Source of the DNA: Bdellovibrio sp.
GTDB lineage: Bacteria > Bdellovibrionota > Bdellovibrionia > Bdellovibrionales > Bdellovibrionaceae
Reading direction: 5' to 3'
Length of the DNA stretch: 34,197 bases
Assembly (NCBI GenBank): GCA_046318155.1
Contig: JBKCUU010000051.1
Location: 1-34,197 of the forward strand
Below, one piece after another: positions 1 to 8,846 of the stretch. The translations under genes and the position numbers were made by a program. The notes under the pieces were generated by a model, which did not search any database, was not told the DNA's origin, and saw nothing but the letters and a program-made list of their open reading frames with translations. Position 1 is the first letter of the stretch; the number at the start of each line of letters is the position of its first letter.

Positions 1-191
1 GGCTTACCTTGGTCATCAAAACCAACGAGTTTTTTGACTTGGGCTTCGGCCTCGTTCAGGCGAGTTTGGCATTCACGCGAAAGTTTAATGCCTTCTTCGA
101 AGAGCTTTAGCGAGTCTTCAAGTGCCAGATCTCCGCGTTCCATTTTTTGGACGATCTCTTCGAGGCGGCCCAGTTTTTTTTCAAAGTCCAT
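1..191 (-). CDS. xseB: Exodeoxyribonuclease VII small subunit (3' end truncated by window edge)
   Basis: Not in the ORF track. Manual translation from ATG at 191 gives MDFEKKLGRLEEIVQKMERGDLALEDSLKLFEEGIKLSRECQTRLNEAEAQVKKL, the typical XseB pattern. Overlaps the end of xseA. Confidence 0.95.
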   Translation of the reverse strand, partial: MDFEKKLGRLEEIVQKMERGDLALEDSLKLFEEGIKLSRECQTRLNEAEAQVKKLVGFDDQGK

Positions 192-1551
192 GGGTTTCTC
201 CCTGTTCAATTACTTTAGTTTTAAGTTCACCGTCACTGAGACGGATCAAAAGTTCGTCTCCGACTTTAACTTGTTTGATCGAAGTCACGACCGCCTTACC
301 CTTGCGAGTCACCGAGTAGCCACGCTCGACGGTTTTGAGCGGGCTCAGTGTTTCGAGGACAGACATTTGTTGGTAGAGACGGGATCGCGAACGGTCGAGC
401 AAACTTTGTATCCGATTTTTACCCACGATTTGCATTTTTTCGATGCGGGCTTTAAGTCGCAGAATGACGACATCAGGCGAAACCAATTTGCTCTCGAGCA
501 ACCGGACTCGCATCCGGCGTTTCTCAAAAAGTTTGATCACCTCTTGCTGAAGACGTGTCGAAAGCTCGTCTCGGCGAATCATCAAATCTTGCAGGCGGCG
601 CTTGGGATCAACCAACCTGATCGAGAGTGAACCCACTTTTTGCTTTTCGTGGCGCAAAAATTTTTCAATTGAAACCCAGAGCATGCGATTGAGCGAAAAA
701 AGATTTTGCACCAGATCCGCCGTGTTCTTCACCACGAGTTCGGCTGCGGCCGAGGGAGTGGGAGCGCGAACATCGGCGACAAAATCGGCAATCGTAAAAT
801 CAATTTCATGGCCAACCGCTGAAACAATGGGGATGGGACTGGCGGCAATCGCGCGTGCGAGCTTTTCATCGTTAAAGCCCCACATGTCCTCGATCGAGCC
901 ACCACCACGACCGATGATGATCACATCGACATCGGTCAAACGCTGAGCCTTACCCAAGGCCTCAAGAACTTTTTCGGCCGAGCCCTCACCTTGAACGATG
1001 GTGGGAACGAGAGTGACCGGCACCATTTTGTTTCGGCGTGCGAGAATATTCATCATATCGCGGATGGCCGCGCCTGTCGGTGAAGTCACGATCGCAATGT
1101 GTTTGGGAAATGAGGGCAATGGTTTTTTACGAGAGCCTTCGAACAACCCCTCGCTTTTAAGTTTGGCTTTGAGCTGCTCATAAGCTTTTTGCAAAGCCCC
1201 TGCACCGACAGGGTCCATCATCTCGACGGCGATTTGGTAATTCCCGCGAGGCTCATAGACAGTGACCCGGCCACGCACAATGACCTGCAGGCCATCCGTG
1301 GGCTTAAACTTGAGGCGAGAATTATGGCCGCGAAACATCACCGCGCTGATTTGTGACTTGGCATCTTTTAGCGAAAAATAAAAATGGCCCGAGGTGTGAG
1401 CCTTAAAATTCGAGATCTCGCCTTGCACCCACACCAGCTCGAGTTCACCTTCAATCAATTGCCGGATGTGACGGTTGAGTTGTTCAACTGTGAGAACGGC
1501 ACTTTCGGATTGGTCTTGAGGTTGGTGCTGAGAAGGTGATTCGATCATCAC
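181..1551 (-). CDS. xseA: Exodeoxyribonuclease VII large subunit
   Basis: N-terminal OB fold (VWVQGEISNF..SGHFYFSLKD), TSPTGAAIRD, RGGGSIED, SAVGHEIDFTIADFVADVRAPTPSAAAE, and C-terminal LSPLKTVERGY. Confidence 0.98.
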   Translation of the reverse strand: MMIESPSQHQPQDQSESAVLTVEQLNRHIRQLIEGELELVWVQGEISNFKAHTSGHFYFSLKDAKSQISAVMFRGHNSRLKFKPTDGLQVIVRGRVTVYEPRGNYQIAVEMMDPVGAGALQKAYEQLKAKLKSEGLFEGSRKKPLPSFPKHIAIVTSPTGAAIRDMMNILARRNKMVPVTLVPTIVQGEGSAEKVLEALGKAQRLTDVDVIIIGRGGGSIEDMWGFNDEKLARAIAASPIPIVSAVGHEIDFTIADFVADVRAPTPSAAAELVVKNTADLVQNLFSLNRMLWVSIEKFLRHEKQKVGSLSIRLVDPKRRLQDLMIRRDELSTRLQQEVIKLFEKRRMRVRLLESKLVSPDVVILRLKARIEKMQIVGKNRIQSLLDRSRSRLYQQMSVLETLSPLKTVERGYSVTRKGKAVVTSIKQVKVGDELLIRLSDGELKTKVIEQGETHGL

Positions 1552-1581
1552 CGTCAGAGGTATTCAATTCGAGAGAACGAA

Positions 1582-1794
1582 TCAAGTTAAAAGCAAATTT
1601 TGAAGGCTCCAAGCCGCACCCACACAGAGACAAATCCAGGCAAGTTTGCGCTTTGGCTCGAGGTGTTGGAGGAGCTGCTGAGCCTTGGGGCTTTTGAGGG
1701 GGGCGAGCGCCGGAATTTCGAGCACAAAAACAATAAGAAAACCATACAAAAAAACCAGAAAAGGGAAGAAAAAGTCGAGCTGTGCCGAGTTCAT
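1582..1794 (-). CDS. Small two-TM membrane protein, unknown function
   Basis: 70 aa with two hydrophobic segments (FFFPFLVFLYGFLIVFVL; LAWICLCVGAAWSL). Co-oriented with xseA, 30 bp upstream of it. Confidence 0.7.
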   Translation of the reverse strand: MNSAQLDFFFPFLVFLYGFLIVFVLEIPALAPLKSPKAQQLLQHLEPKRKLAWICLCVGAAWSLQNLLLT

Positions 1795-1869
1795 GATTCT
1801 TGCATCGGCATCATTTTGTTTTGACCCAACTGGACGCTCGGCAAGAAATCTATAAAACCCGGTGAAAAA

Positions 1870-1898
1870 GTGACGAATCTAAAGAACCTTGATAAGCT
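1870..1898 (+). promoter_or_regulatory. Sigma70-type promoter of the 6S RNA
   Basis: GTGACG (1870-1875), a 17-nt spacer, then TAAGCT (1893-1898) with an extended -10 TG at 1890-1891. The predicted +1 near 1905 coincides with the 5' end of the RNA stem. Confidence 0.65.
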
Positions 1899-1904
1899 AT
1901 CTCT

Positions 1905-2065
1905 GGGTCTCAGAAAGTGTAAGAAAAATAACCCGACAAGCATTAGATTCGGGGGCCGTCCCTGACGATGGTGAGCAAGCCCAGCCCGTACTGGGAAGCC
2001 TAAAGTTGTTATATGGTCACCCACCTAGCGAAACGGGGTTATTGTTTCACGCTTTTCTGGGGCTT
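1905..2065 (+). ncRNA. ssrS: 6S RNA
   Basis: Rod-like fold. Closing stem: 1906-1920 pairs with 2049-2064, and AATAACCCG pairs with CGGGGTTATT. Central bubble. Internal stem: GGGGGCCGT/ATGGTCACCC, TGACGA/TTGTTA, CCCAG/CTGGG. The apical sequence GGTGAGCAAGCCCAGCCCGTACTGGGAAGCCTAAA resembles the conserved 6S apical region (GGTGAGCATGCTCGGTCCGTCCGAGAAGCCTTAAAA in E. coli). A T-tract follows at 2064-2071. Confidence 0.85.
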
Positions 2066-2304
2066 TTTTTTGTCCAAAATCTGCGGTGTTCGTGCCTTTA
2101 CAGCTTGCCTAGTTATCATATTGTTTTTGTTTGTACGCTCATGACGCACTTTTTTTGGGGTGTCGTCTCACCTTGAAACGCTGACTCAGCAAGAGACAGC
2201 GTGGCAGCGACGCTGTCACCTTGTTGATCAGTTCGGCACAAACATCGCCTTGAGATGCCAGGGATTCTCCTTCAGACGCCTTGTCAAAAGTCCGAAAAGA
2301 AAGC

Positions 2305-4371
2305 ATGACGTTGCAGTCCCGTGCTTTGTCTATTTTGGCTTTAGCCACGGCGGCGCTGGGCCTTGCCGCGTGCGGACCCGCGGACTTTCTCACGCCCAAC
2401 TCCGCAGGCGGCGGAGCGGCGATCCGCCCAGAAGGATCCGAGAAACCATATTCCTCACCAGTGGCGGTCGGAAGTTCTTATCTACGAGTGCTGGCCCAAG
2501 CCAACTTCACGCGCTTTGATGATTATAGCGATGCCGGCGTTAGAACAGGCGCCGGCACTCCAGCCAATCCTTACCGGCAAGGTCTTGTGAATGTTGAAAC
2601 AAAACCCATCCGCCGCGCCGAAATTGTTGTGATCAACAATGCCACCGAAGCTGTTGTTCAAGCAGGTCACACAACTGAGACGGGCGATGCCGACTTGCAG
2701 ATTCCCAACGTTGCTGGCAGCTACCGAGTCGAGGTGCGCTCACGCGCCGACAATACGTACCTGAAGGCAAGCGTCCTTGATAATCCTTACGATAAAAACT
2801 ATTACCGTATCTACCGTAATTTTACCGTGACGACTGGAACCCCCAACGCTTCGACTATTAGTGCGGGCGCCTCTCTTCTTGCGCCTTATAACGGAGCCGC
2901 TGAGGGCGGGGCCTTCAATATCTTGGACAACATTCTGATTGCCAATGATTATTTGCGCGATCACGTGAAGGTCAACAATACAGCGGGCTCCGCTGATTAT
3001 TGCCCAGCTTCGATTTGCAGTGAGAATTTTGCCGTTGCTCCGAAAGTTCAGATCTACTGGACAAAAGGCCTCTCGCCAGCAGCTTATTTTGGATCGCCCT
3101 CTTCGCCGATCAGCTTCTTTGCCTCGAATTCGGGTGGTAGCTTGTACCCCGGTTTGTATATCCTCGGCGGCCTCGAGGGCAGCGTGTGCGCGGACACCGA
3201 TCACTTTGACAACTCGGTCATCTTGCATGAATACGGACACTTCTTAGAGCATACCTACGCAATCTCGGATTCACCTGGTGGATCACACAACGGCAACAAA
3301 ATTATCGATCCGCGTCTTGCTTGGTCCGAAGGCTGGGCCAACTTTTTTCAGGCCGCCGCTCTTGGTCGACCTTCCTACCGAGACACCCAGAGAAACTCGG
3401 AGTGTCCGGCGACAGGATCGACGGGTCAGGTCTACACCGCCCGTCTGGGCTTTACGGATTTCGATATCGAGACCCAGCTCGGATCACAAGATACTCCGAG
3501 CCGAACCGGCGAAGGCAACTTTCGCGAAATTTCGATTAGCCGCCTGCTGTGGGATTCCCTTACGGGCTCCAATCAAGCAGGTCCATTTGGAGCTGCTCAA
3601 AATTCAGATGGATCCGCAGCTGATCTGGGGTTTGCTGTTATCTGGAGTTCTTTCCGTTCACTCACGTCGTCTGCAATTTCTGCTCGAAACGTGGGCCACT
3701 TTAGCAATTCACTTTTTACGAGCCTCACAACCATGGGTTCTTCGTATGTGAATGCCTGGGCGGATGACACGTACGCGGCGACATCAAAGCCCTTAGTCTT
3801 AGAGAAGCAGGCGCGTGATATCCGTGATTTTGGATTGCCACTGCTTCCGCGAGCGGTTGCTTATGGCGCTTGCCCCGTAAACGCTGCACTCGTGGGCTAC
3901 TCTTCACCAGACTGGGTCATCTCGAGCGCCGATCCGAAAAGAGATACGGTCAACAGCCAGGGATACATCGATTGGTCTGATATGTTCAACACCAACGACT
4001 TTTACCGCTATTACTATGACGGAACGAGCTCTCGCCGCTATGTGCGTTTGTACTACAAAAAACAGGTCGGCGATTTATCGGGATTCGCAAATCCTTGGGA
4101 CTTGGATTTTTATGTCTACCGCGAGGACTTTGTATTTTTGAACGGCGAAGATATCGTGAAAATGAGCGAACGCGATTATCCTGAGGCCAACATTCCATCG
4201 CATCCTACACCCCCTGGATACACGGGATCCGAAGTTGTGGATTTTAATGGTCTCACGCCCGGCTTCTACTATCTCAACATCAAAGCCCACTATGTCGGGC
4301 CAGCAGCACCCACCCGAGCGGGTGCTCAGTACTATCTCGAAAACGCGACGGGAGATCAATTATGTCCCTAA
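2305..4371 (+). CDS. Lipoprotein with gluzincin-type zinc metallopeptidase domain
   Basis: Likely ATG at 2305 (the track starts at TTG 2281). Lipobox LAAC at Cys23. HEYGH at 3226-3240 with a downstream SEGWANFF glutamate (thermolysin-like third ligand). C-terminal PPC-like beta domain (DLDFYVY..GFYYLNIKA). Confidence 0.8.
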   Translation: MTLQSRALSILALATAALGLAACGPADFLTPNSAGGGAAIRPEGSEKPYSSPVAVGSSYLRVLAQANFTRFDDYSDAGVRTGAGTPANPYRQGLVNVETKPIRRAEIVVINNATEAVVQAGHTTETGDADLQIPNVAGSYRVEVRSRADNTYLKASVLDNPYDKNYYRIYRNFTVTTGTPNASTISAGASLLAPYNGAAEGGAFNILDNILIANDYLRDHVKVNNTAGSADYCPASICSENFAVAPKVQIYWTKGLSPAAYFGSPSSPISFFASNSGGSLYPGLYILGGLEGSVCADTDHFDNSVILHEYGHFLEHTYAISDSPGGSHNGNKIIDPRLAWSEGWANFFQAAALGRPSYRDTQRNSECPATGSTGQVYTARLGFTDFDIETQLGSQDTPSRTGEGNFREISISRLLWDSLTGSNQAGPFGAAQNSDGSAADLGFAVIWSSFRSLTSSAISARNVGHFSNSLFTSLTTMGSSYVNAWADDTYAATSKPLVLEKQARDIRDFGLPLLPRAVAYGACPVNAALVGYSSPDWVISSADPKRDTVNSQGYIDWSDMFNTNDFYRYYYDGTSSRRYVRLYYKKQVGDLSGFANPWDLDFYVYREDFVFLNGEDIVKMSERDYPEANIPSHPTPPGYTGSEVVDFNGLTPGFYYLNIKAHYVGPAAPTRAGAQYYLENATGDQLCP

Positions 4372-5009
4372 ACCTGAAGCCGACCCCGAAGCTCGCTTTC
4401 ATTCTGGCTGCGACCGTCGCTGCGGGCTTGGTGTTAGGCGGAGTTTCACAAATGAGCTTGGGTGCCTCGCGAGCTCCTGCGAGTGCGGCGCCTCCTACGA
4501 AATCCGCTCTTTTTAAATCGGCCCAACTCAAAATGGCAAAACCCAATCAAATGGTTGATGTCCAGATCGACGTGGTTGGTGGATTTCCAACAACGAATGA
4601 TCAAGAGGCCACGTTACGTGCGACCATCCAGTTTGAACATCCGCTCGACGGCAATCTTGATTTTCAATGGCGACTTCCCGCTGGTGTTCAGCACGTGGCC
4701 GGCGAACTCAAAGACTCAATTCCAGGTTTACAACCTGGGCAAACGGTCACCCGTGAGATTGTGGTTCTTGGATTTAGTTCTGAAGGACTCCCCCGAAACG
4801 TCACGTTGGATGTCTCAGGCAAGACAAGTGGGTCGATCGTGGGAAACACTTCGGTCATAAGGTCACATCCGACACGCTCAGATTTGAGTATTGGTTTTCG
4901 GCCCAGCAAAGCGATGCTCGATGAATCGCGAATGCAAAATAAATCCACCAGCGAGGAAGATCCTGCCTCTAGCTCGAGACCCGAACTTCCTAAAGGTCTA
5001 AATCTGTAG
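4362..5009 (+). CDS. Exported protein with probable Ig-like beta-sandwich, partner of the upstream peptidase
   Basis: N-terminal hydrophobic signal or anchor; alternating beta-strand pattern (QWRLPAGVQHVAGE..LQPGQTVTREIVV); 10-bp overlap with the peptidase gene. Confidence 0.7.
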   Translation: MSLNLKPTPKLAFILAATVAAGLVLGGVSQMSLGASRAPASAAPPTKSALFKSAQLKMAKPNQMVDVQIDVVGGFPTTNDQEATLRATIQFEHPLDGNLDFQWRLPAGVQHVAGELKDSIPGLQPGQTVTREIVVLGFSSEGLPRNVTLDVSGKTSGSIVGNTSVIRSHPTRSDLSIGFRPSKAMLDESRMQNKSTSEEDPASSSRPELPKGLNL

Positions 5010-5061
5010 GTCTATCTCGTATTTCTCAAAATGAGACCAATATCCAGTTTAAGTTTTTAAC

Positions 5062-5631
5062 TTAGAGAGGAATGACTTCAATCGTCGGGCTATACTCATC
5101 GCGTAAGATACCCTCGATGGCCATGAGCGTCCCCGAGGTTGAGCTGGGGCATGTTCCGCACGCACCTTGGTAAGTGACGTAGAGTTTGTTTTCTTCAAAG
5201 CGAATCACTTCTAAGTCACCGCCGTCACCTTGCAGGCCGGGGCGGATCGTGCGGTCCAAGATATCTTCAATTTTTTGCAGCTCGGGTGAAAGCTCTGAAC
5301 GCTTTGCCACTTTGGATTCTCGCTCGCCCATCGCGGGGTTGTGCACGGGCAACCTGGTTTGAATAACGGCGACGCAAGATTCTTGCACCGTATCGGCATC
5401 GGCATCAAACCGAGCTGTGATCGTGATGACGTTCTGAAAAAAATGAACCTGCTTCACACTCTCGACATTGAGGAGATCTAAGGCCAAGCGGTTGCCAAAG
5501 GCCTCATCGGGCGTTGAATAACTCGCTTTGCCTTCAAGCAAAACAGGGCGATCAAGCACAAACTTCCAAGCGTTCGGATTGGGCGTCGGTTGAACACGAA
5601 TCAAGACTTGAGATAAGGGAGCTTCAGTCAT
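5062..5631 (-). CDS. Nfu/NifU-family Fe-S carrier (N-terminal Nfu scaffold domain plus NifU-C domain)
   Basis: N-terminal QPTPNPNAWKF; C-terminal IRPGLQGDGGD..QGACGTCPSS with CxxC; last gene of the suf operon. Confidence 0.92.
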   Translation of the reverse strand: MTEAPLSQVLIRVQPTPNPNAWKFVLDRPVLLEGKASYSTPDEAFGNRLALDLLNVESVKQVHFFQNVITITARFDADADTVQESCVAVIQTRLPVHNPAMGERESKVAKRSELSPELQKIEDILDRTIRPGLQGDGGDLEVIRFEENKLYVTYQGACGTCPSSTSGTLMAIEGILRDEYSPTIEVIPL

Positions 5632-6851
5632 AACAACATTTCCTTCGCTTTGATCACGCCTTTGACGAGTTGCTCAATGTCGGCTGGTGAATTGAATACC
5701 GAGAACGACGCCCGTACCGTGCCGGTGATACCTAAAACTTTCATGAGCGGTTGCGTACAATGGTGTCCCGCACGCACCGCCACGTTTTCTTGATCCAAGA
5801 TTTGCCCTACGTCTGAGGGATGCGCGCCTTTGATGTTAAAAGAAAGAATCGCCACTTTATGAGCCGCAGTTCCGACAATTTGCACTTCAGGAATTTCAGA
5901 GAGCTTTTGGGTGGCCAAGGCCAAGAGCGCAGACTCATGCGCTTCGATCGCAGGCCAGCCCAGTTTCTCAACGTACTCGATGGCCGCGGCTAATCCCACC
6001 GCGCCTTCGATGTTGGGAGTGCCGGCCTCAAGGCGAAACGGAATATCATGATAAGTTGTCCCGGTAAAGGCGACTTCTGAAATCATGCTCCCGCCGCCTT
6101 GATACGGTCCCATCGACTCAAGCAGTGCTTTTTTTCCGTACAAAACGCCAATCCCGTAAGGACCAAACAGTTTATGACCCGAAAAAGCATAAAAATCGAC
6201 GTCCAAAGCCTGAACGTCAACGGCGTGATTCGCAATCATTTGCGCGCCATCAACAAAGATCAAGGCTCCGACCGCGTGGGCTTTTTTTGCGATCAGCGCA
6301 ATGTCATTGATTGTGCCGAGCGTGTTTGAAGCGTGGGTGACGGCAACCATTTTCACATTTTTATTAAAGAAGTCGTCCGCACGGGCCAAATCAAGTTCGC
6401 CGGCCGGGGTCACGGGAAGCGCGCGAATTTCAGCGCCGACCTCTTTAGCGATCATTTGCCAAGGAACGATGTTTGAGTGGTGTTCCATCTCGGTTAAAAG
6501 AACGACATCGCCTTTTTTTAGATTCTGTCGGCCCCAAGCTTGAGCCACCAGATTGACGGATTCTGTCGTCCCGCGAGTGAAGATAATTTGCGCTGCGGTT
6601 TGGGCATGAATAAAATCAGCCACTTTTTGACGAGCCTGTTCGTAGGCCGTGGTCGCCTGGTCTGATAGAAAGTGGGCTCCGCGGTGCACATTCGAAGTCT
6701 GATAAGTCAGAAAGTGCCCCACCCGTTCGATCACGGGCCAAGGCTTTAAGCCCGAAGCGGCGCTATCCAGATAAACTAAATTTTTACCGCGGACCCGATT
6801 GGTGAGCAGCGGAAAATCAACACGGGCCTTGCTTAATGGAAACTCGGTCAT
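5628..6851 (-). CDS. sufS: Cysteine desulfurase SufS
   Basis: YLDSAAS, EHHSNIVPWQ, FSGHK (PLP lysine) and RAGHHCTQP (group II catalytic Cys). Start ATG 6851 overlaps the sufD stop (ATGA). Confidence 0.96.
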   Translation of the reverse strand: MTEFPLSKARVDFPLLTNRVRGKNLVYLDSAASGLKPWPVIERVGHFLTYQTSNVHRGAHFLSDQATTAYEQARQKVADFIHAQTAAQIIFTRGTTESVNLVAQAWGRQNLKKGDVVLLTEMEHHSNIVPWQMIAKEVGAEIRALPVTPAGELDLARADDFFNKNVKMVAVTHASNTLGTINDIALIAKKAHAVGALIFVDGAQMIANHAVDVQALDVDFYAFSGHKLFGPYGIGVLYGKKALLESMGPYQGGGSMISEVAFTGTTYHDIPFRLEAGTPNIEGAVGLAAAIEYVEKLGWPAIEAHESALLALATQKLSEIPEVQIVGTAAHKVAILSFNIKGAHPSDVGQILDQENVAVRAGHHCTQPLMKVLGITGTVRASFSVFNSPADIEQLVKGVIKAKEMLL

Positions 6852-8089
6852 GTTAAAAGCCTTTGGTCCGCCTCGTTCTGCAACGAGAGGAGCCATTCAC
6901 GAACATCGGCATTCGACACTTGCATCAGCAGATCTTGAGTAAATCCTTGCCGGATCATGGATTCGGCCTGAGGGCGCGAAATGGCGCGGCTCAAGAGATA
7001 AAAAATTTCGTCTTCGCTGAGCTGACCAACAGTCGCGCCATGAGTGGCTTTAACGTCATCAGCCCAGATTTCGAGTTGCGGTTTGCTATCGACTTCGGCG
7101 GCAGAACTTAAAAGTAAGCTTTGATTCAACTGATCAGAGTTGGCCTTTTGCGAGTTGTGCCGAATCAAAACGCGTCCGTTAAACACCACTCGAGCTTGTC
7201 CGGCGAGCACCGACTTGTACAGCTGAGTTGTTTGGCAGTGTCCAACGACATGGTCGACCGTGGTATGGTGATCAATCACGTGCTCGGCACCTGCGACCGA
7301 CAGACCATGTAATCGTGAAGTGGCGCCCTCACCGACGAGATGGAGATCCAAATTGTCACGCGTCAGCTTTGAGCCCATTGTAAACGACAATGACTCGAAA
7401 TTTGAATGTCTGTGTTGAAAAATGCGAGCCCGAGCGATGCGTGCTTGCGTTGACGCATTTTTAGAAACACGGGTCAGCTCAAGGTGCGAGGATTCAGCAA
7501 GTTGAATTTCAAAAACAGGAAGGCTGAGCTGGCTCTCGGCCTCAAGTCCCTCAAAAACTTCAACGACGGCGGCGCGTGCCCGCTTTCCGAGCGAAAGCCA
7601 GATTCGAGGCGCCCGGACTCCCCCTGTTGAATCCGTCATTTGGCGAATGACGAGGGGGCGATCAAGAACCGTGTCCTCATTGAGAGAAATAAAAAGTGCT
7701 TTGTCCCACAACCGTGAATTTTGCTCTTCAAAAACATCAAGCTCGGTGAAACCCATGCCTTTAACGCCAAAGGTTCTGGCCTTAAGAGCCGCAAAAGCCT
7801 CAAACCATTTTTTAAAAGTGTCCGAAGGAGCTTTGGAACGCTCAATGGTCTCAACCAAAAAGGGGTAGGAGACCTTTGAGGCTTGCAGGGATCCGTTAAC
7901 AATGAGAATTTCGTAAGCGTCTTTCAGTAAAGGCGCTGGCCAGGTTGCGCCTTGCGCAATCACCGGAGCAAACTCGGTCGACTTTAAAAACTGCAAAGAG
8001 ACATAACGCCAGTCCTCATCCCGCCGCGTGGGCAGAGCCGGAACCTTGGCGGAGTTTGAACTTTGAGTTAAAAATTGCTGCCAGCTCAT
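6848..8089 (-). CDS. sufD: Fe-S cluster assembly protein SufD
   Basis: PTRRDEDWRY, FNGRVLI, KPQLEIWADDVKATHGATVG. Start ATG 8089 overlaps the sufC stop (ATGA). Confidence 0.95.
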   Translation of the reverse strand: MSWQQFLTQSSNSAKVPALPTRRDEDWRYVSLQFLKSTEFAPVIAQGATWPAPLLKDAYEILIVNGSLQASKVSYPFLVETIERSKAPSDTFKKWFEAFAALKARTFGVKGMGFTELDVFEEQNSRLWDKALFISLNEDTVLDRPLVIRQMTDSTGGVRAPRIWLSLGKRARAAVVEVFEGLEAESQLSLPVFEIQLAESSHLELTRVSKNASTQARIARARIFQHRHSNFESLSFTMGSKLTRDNLDLHLVGEGATSRLHGLSVAGAEHVIDHHTTVDHVVGHCQTTQLYKSVLAGQARVVFNGRVLIRHNSQKANSDQLNQSLLLSSAAEVDSKPQLEIWADDVKATHGATVGQLSEDEIFYLLSRAISRPQAESMIRQGFTQDLLMQVSNADVREWLLSLQNEADQRLLT

Positions 8090-8844
8090 TGCACCAGCCA
8101 ATCATACCCACGCTCTTCAAGCTTAAGTGCAAGAGACGCATCACCGGTCTCGATGATTTTGCCGCTCGCTAGCACATGCACGAAATCGGGTTTGATATAG
8201 TCTAATAGGCGTTGGTAATGCGTGATAAGCAAAACGGCGTTGTGCTTTGTTCGCAACTTGTTCACGCCATCGGCAACGATGCGCAAGGCATCGATATCAA
8301 GACCTGAATCTGTCTCATCCAGCATGGCGAGACGAGGCGACAAAACCGCCATTTGCAAAATCTCGTTGCGCTTTTTCTCCCCGCCCGAAAACCCGACATT
8401 GACGGCCCGGTCCAAAAAGTCTTCGCGCATTTGCACGAGCTTCATCTTCTCTTTTAAAAATGGACGAAACTCAGCTTCGGTCATCTCGGTAGACCCTTGA
8501 TGCTTCAAAACCGAGTTGAGTGCGGTTTGCAAAAACTTAAAGTTCGAAACACCAGGGACTTCGATGGGATACTGCATCGCTAAAAATACGCCCTCTTTGG
8601 CTCGCTGATCGGTCTCGAGCTCAAGCAAGTTTTTCATCTGAAAATTGATGTCGAACAATACTTCACCTTCGGTCACTGTGTACGCGGGATGCCCAGCAAT
8701 CACTTTTGAGAGTGTGCTTTTGCCAGAGCCGTTAGGTCCCATGATCGCGTGCACTTCGCCGGCGTTGATTTTGAGATTGAGTCCGTGAAGAACTTCTTTG
8801 TCATCGATTTTGGCCTTTAAATTTTTAACTTCCAGCAAACTCAT
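8086..8844 (-). CDS. sufC: Fe-S cluster assembly ATPase SufC
   Basis: Walker A GPNGSGKST, signature FSGGEKKRNE, DETDSGLDIDAL, ITHYQRLL. Confidence 0.98.
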   Translation of the reverse strand: MSLLEVKNLKAKIDDKEVLHGLNLKINAGEVHAIMGPNGSGKSTLSKVIAGHPAYTVTEGEVLFDINFQMKNLLELETDQRAKEGVFLAMQYPIEVPGVSNFKFLQTALNSVLKHQGSTEMTEAEFRPFLKEKMKLVQMREDFLDRAVNVGFSGGEKKRNEILQMAVLSPRLAMLDETDSGLDIDALRIVADGVNKLRTKHNAVLLITHYQRLLDYIKPDFVHVLASGKIIETGDASLALKLEERGYDWLVQ

Positions 8845-8846
8845 CT

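Noticed and set aside
34..630. 198-aa plus-strand ORF
   Set aside because: Antisense shadow of xseB/xseA with no recognisable protein features.
1791..2176. ORFs 1791-2024 (-) and 1889-2176 (+)
   Set aside because: Both overlap the structured 6S RNA and its promoter, and neither has an SD or a protein-like composition.
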